Assembly: GCF_028289705.1 (NCBI RefSeq)
Contig: NZ_JANQOI010000176.1
Coordinates: 1 to 24,000, forward strand
Reading direction: 5' to 3'
DNA: 24,000 bases
Source: Pelagibius sp.
Lineage (GTDB): Bacteria; Pseudomonadota; Alphaproteobacteria; Kiloniellales; Kiloniellaceae
Shown: positions 22,560 through 24,000 of the stretch, piece after piece
How the letters are laid out: each line of letters begins with the position of its first letter
Numbering within the stretch: the first letter of the stretch is position 1
Translations under genes and position numbers: made by a program
Notes under the pieces: generated by a model
What the model was told of the DNA's origin: nothing
Seen by the model: only the letters and a program-made list of their open reading frames with translations
Databases searched by the model: none

Positions 22560-23549
22560 ATGCCCGTGAGTCCTATAACGGCGACCGTGGACTTCGAGCG
22601 TGATGGCGTGCAGCACGGCTTTCTCAAGCTGCCCCATTCCCACGACGGTTCCGCCTGGGGCTCGATCATGATTCCCCTCACCGTCGCGCGCAGGGGCGCG
22701 GGGCCGACGGTGCTGCTGACCGGCGGCAACCACGGCGACGAGTATGAGGGGCCGGTGGCGCTCTTCGACCTGGCGCGGACCATCGGGGAGGAGGATTTCA
22801 CCGGCCGGGTCATCATCGTCCCGGCCATGAACTATCCCGCTTTCCGGGCCGCGACGCGGACCTCCCCCATCGACGGCGGCAACCTGAACCGGGCCTTTCC
22901 CGGCGATCCCGCGGGCACGGTCACCGAGAAGATCGCAGACTATTTTCAAACCTGCCTGCTGCCCATGGCGGACTATGTGATCGATTTCCATTCCGGCGGA
23001 AAGACCCTGTCGTTCGTGCCCTTCTGCGCGGCCCATGTGCTCGAGGACAAGGCCCATCAGCAGCGCTGTGTCGCGGCCATGCGGGCCTTCAATGCACCCT
23101 ACTCGCTGATGCTCCTGGAAATCGATAGCACGGGCATGTACGACACTGCGGCGGAGGCCATGGGCAAGGTGTTCATCTCCACCGAACTGGGCGGAGGCGG
23201 GACCGCGGGCGTGCAGACTGTCGCCATCGCCAAGCGCGGCCTGCGCAACGTCCTGAAGCACGCGAGCATCCTGGAAGGCCCCCTCGACCGGCGGGAAACC
23301 ACCGGCCTGGACATGCCAGACGGCCGTTGCTTCGTGACGTCGGAGACCTCGGGACTGCTCGAACTCTGTGTCGAACTGGGCGCGCCTGTCTCCGCCGGCC
23401 AGGTGGTGGCCCGCGTTCACGACATTGACCGCACCGGCCGGCAGCCGACAGACTATCGCAGCGCCCTGGACGGCATTCTCATCGGCCGGCATTTTCCCGG
23501 GCTGGTGGCCATGGGCGACGTGATCGGAGTCGTCGCCGTGGCGGCCTGA
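22560..23549 (+). CDS. doeB: N-alpha-acetyl-L-2,4-diaminobutyrate deacetylase DoeB/EutE (AstE/AspA zinc hydrolase family)
   Basis: Zinc-ligand motif GGNHGDEYEG and the second motif DFHSGG. 329 aa. It is paired with doeA. Confidence 0.85.
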   Translation: MPVSPITATVDFERDGVQHGFLKLPHSHDGSAWGSIMIPLTVARRGAGPTVLLTGGNHGDEYEGPVALFDLARTIGEEDFTGRVIIVPAMNYPAFRAATRTSPIDGGNLNRAFPGDPAGTVTEKIADYFQTCLLPMADYVIDFHSGGKTLSFVPFCAAHVLEDKAHQQRCVAAMRAFNAPYSLMLLEIDSTGMYDTAAEAMGKVFISTELGGGGTAGVQTVAIAKRGLRNVLKHASILEGPLDRRETTGLDMPDGRCFVTSETSGLLELCVELGAPVSAGQVVARVHDIDRTGRQPTDYRSALDGILIGRHFPGLVAMGDVIGVVAVAA

Positions 23550-23580
23550 CCGCAGAGCTTTGCGAGACCCGTTGGAGACC

Positions 23581-24000
23581 ATGATCAAACTGGATGACCG
23601 TGATCTCAAGCTGCTTTCGGTCCTTCAGAGGGAGGGCCGGATCACCAAGAACGATCTGGCCAAGCGCATCAACCTGTCGCCGACGGCATGCTGGGAACGG
23701 CTGAAGCGGCTGGAGGACAACGGTGTCATCGAGGGCTATGGCGCAAGACTCTCGTCGGCGGCCTTCGGCCCGGTTTCGACCGTCATCATGCAGGCCGAAC
23801 TGGGCAGTCACCGCTCCTCGGATTTCCTGCGCTTCGAGGCCGCCATCGCCGAGATCCCGGAGATCGTGGACTGCTGGGCCGTCGGCGGCGGTGTCGACTA
23901 CTTTCTGAAGTTCGTTTGCCGGGACGTCGATTCTTACCAGCGCCTCGTGGACCGTATGCTCGATGCCGATATCGGGCTCAAGCGCTACTACAGCTACGTG
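23581..24000 (+). CDS. Lrp/AsnC-family transcriptional regulator (DoeX-like by context), truncated at the window end
   Basis: ATG at 23581 after GGAGACC. MIKLDDRDLKLLSVLQREGRITKNDLAKRINLSPTACWERLKRLEDNGVIEGY is a canonical AsnC HTH, followed by a RAM-type domain. The frame stays open to position 24000. It is absent from the ORF track because no stop lies within the window. Confidence 0.85.
   Translation, partial: MIKLDDRDLKLLSVLQREGRITKNDLAKRINLSPTACWERLKRLEDNGVIEGYGARLSSAAFGPVSTVIMQAELGSHRSSDFLRFEAAIAEIPEIVDCWAVGGGVDYFLKFVCRDVDSYQRLVDRMLDADIGLKRYYSYV

Noticed and set aside
21249-23609. 786-aa minus-strand ORF, the longest in the track
   Set aside because: It is antisense to two well-supported genes, doeA (M24 fold) and doeB (GGNHGDEYEG zinc motif). 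Its translation is low-complexity (R, G, H, P, A) with no recognisable domain.
1-24000. Looked for CRISPR arrays, IS elements or transposases, integrases, prophage or toxin-antitoxin modules, and rRNA/tRNA genes
   Set aside because: There are no regularly spaced direct repeats and no DDE, tyrosine- or serine-recombinase-like translations in any frame of the track. I saw no cloverleaf-compatible segments or rRNA-like conserved blocks.

Overview
High-GC (roughly 60-65% by eye) proteobacterial chromosomal window. Gene content (ehu/eut ectoine locus, FixJ-type two-component pair, DUF1007 plus NicO pair) suggests Alphaproteobacteria, but this is unverified. There are three blocks. (1) 421-7313, plus strand: an eight-gene cluster that I read as a divergent, expanded Fap-type functional-amyloid system (fapABCDEF-like). 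It contains two repeat-bearing amyloid subunit genes (FapB-like, FapC-like), a periplasmic C39 cysteine peptidase (FapD-like), a FapE-like secreted protein, and an outer-membrane channel with coiled-coil, Pro-rich linker and beta-barrel (FapF-like). It also has three extra or unassigned secreted proteins, one of which carries a peptidoglycan-binding domain. This is the most interesting part of the window. (2) 7379-13431: a sensor-less histidine kinase with a FixJ/LuxR-type response regulator, a 1.2 kb ORF-free lower-GC spacer, a GntR regulator, a Rossmann-like hypothetical gene, and a DUF1007 plus NicO/RcnA-like metal transporter pair behind a compact palindrome-rich promoter. (3) 13455-24000: an ectoine/hydroxyectoine uptake and catabolism locus in an unusual split arrangement. 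ehuB-ehuC-ehuD-gntR lie on the minus strand. A MOSC-FNR-[2Fe-2S] fusion gene followed by ehuA-eutB-eutC-doeA-doeB-asnC lies on the plus strand, and no eutA is present. I found no rRNA, tRNA, CRISPR array, transposase or integrase. Many long ORFs in the supplied track are antisense or alternative-frame shadows typical of high-GC DNA and were rejected. All family assignments come from reading motifs in the translations; no database search was possible.
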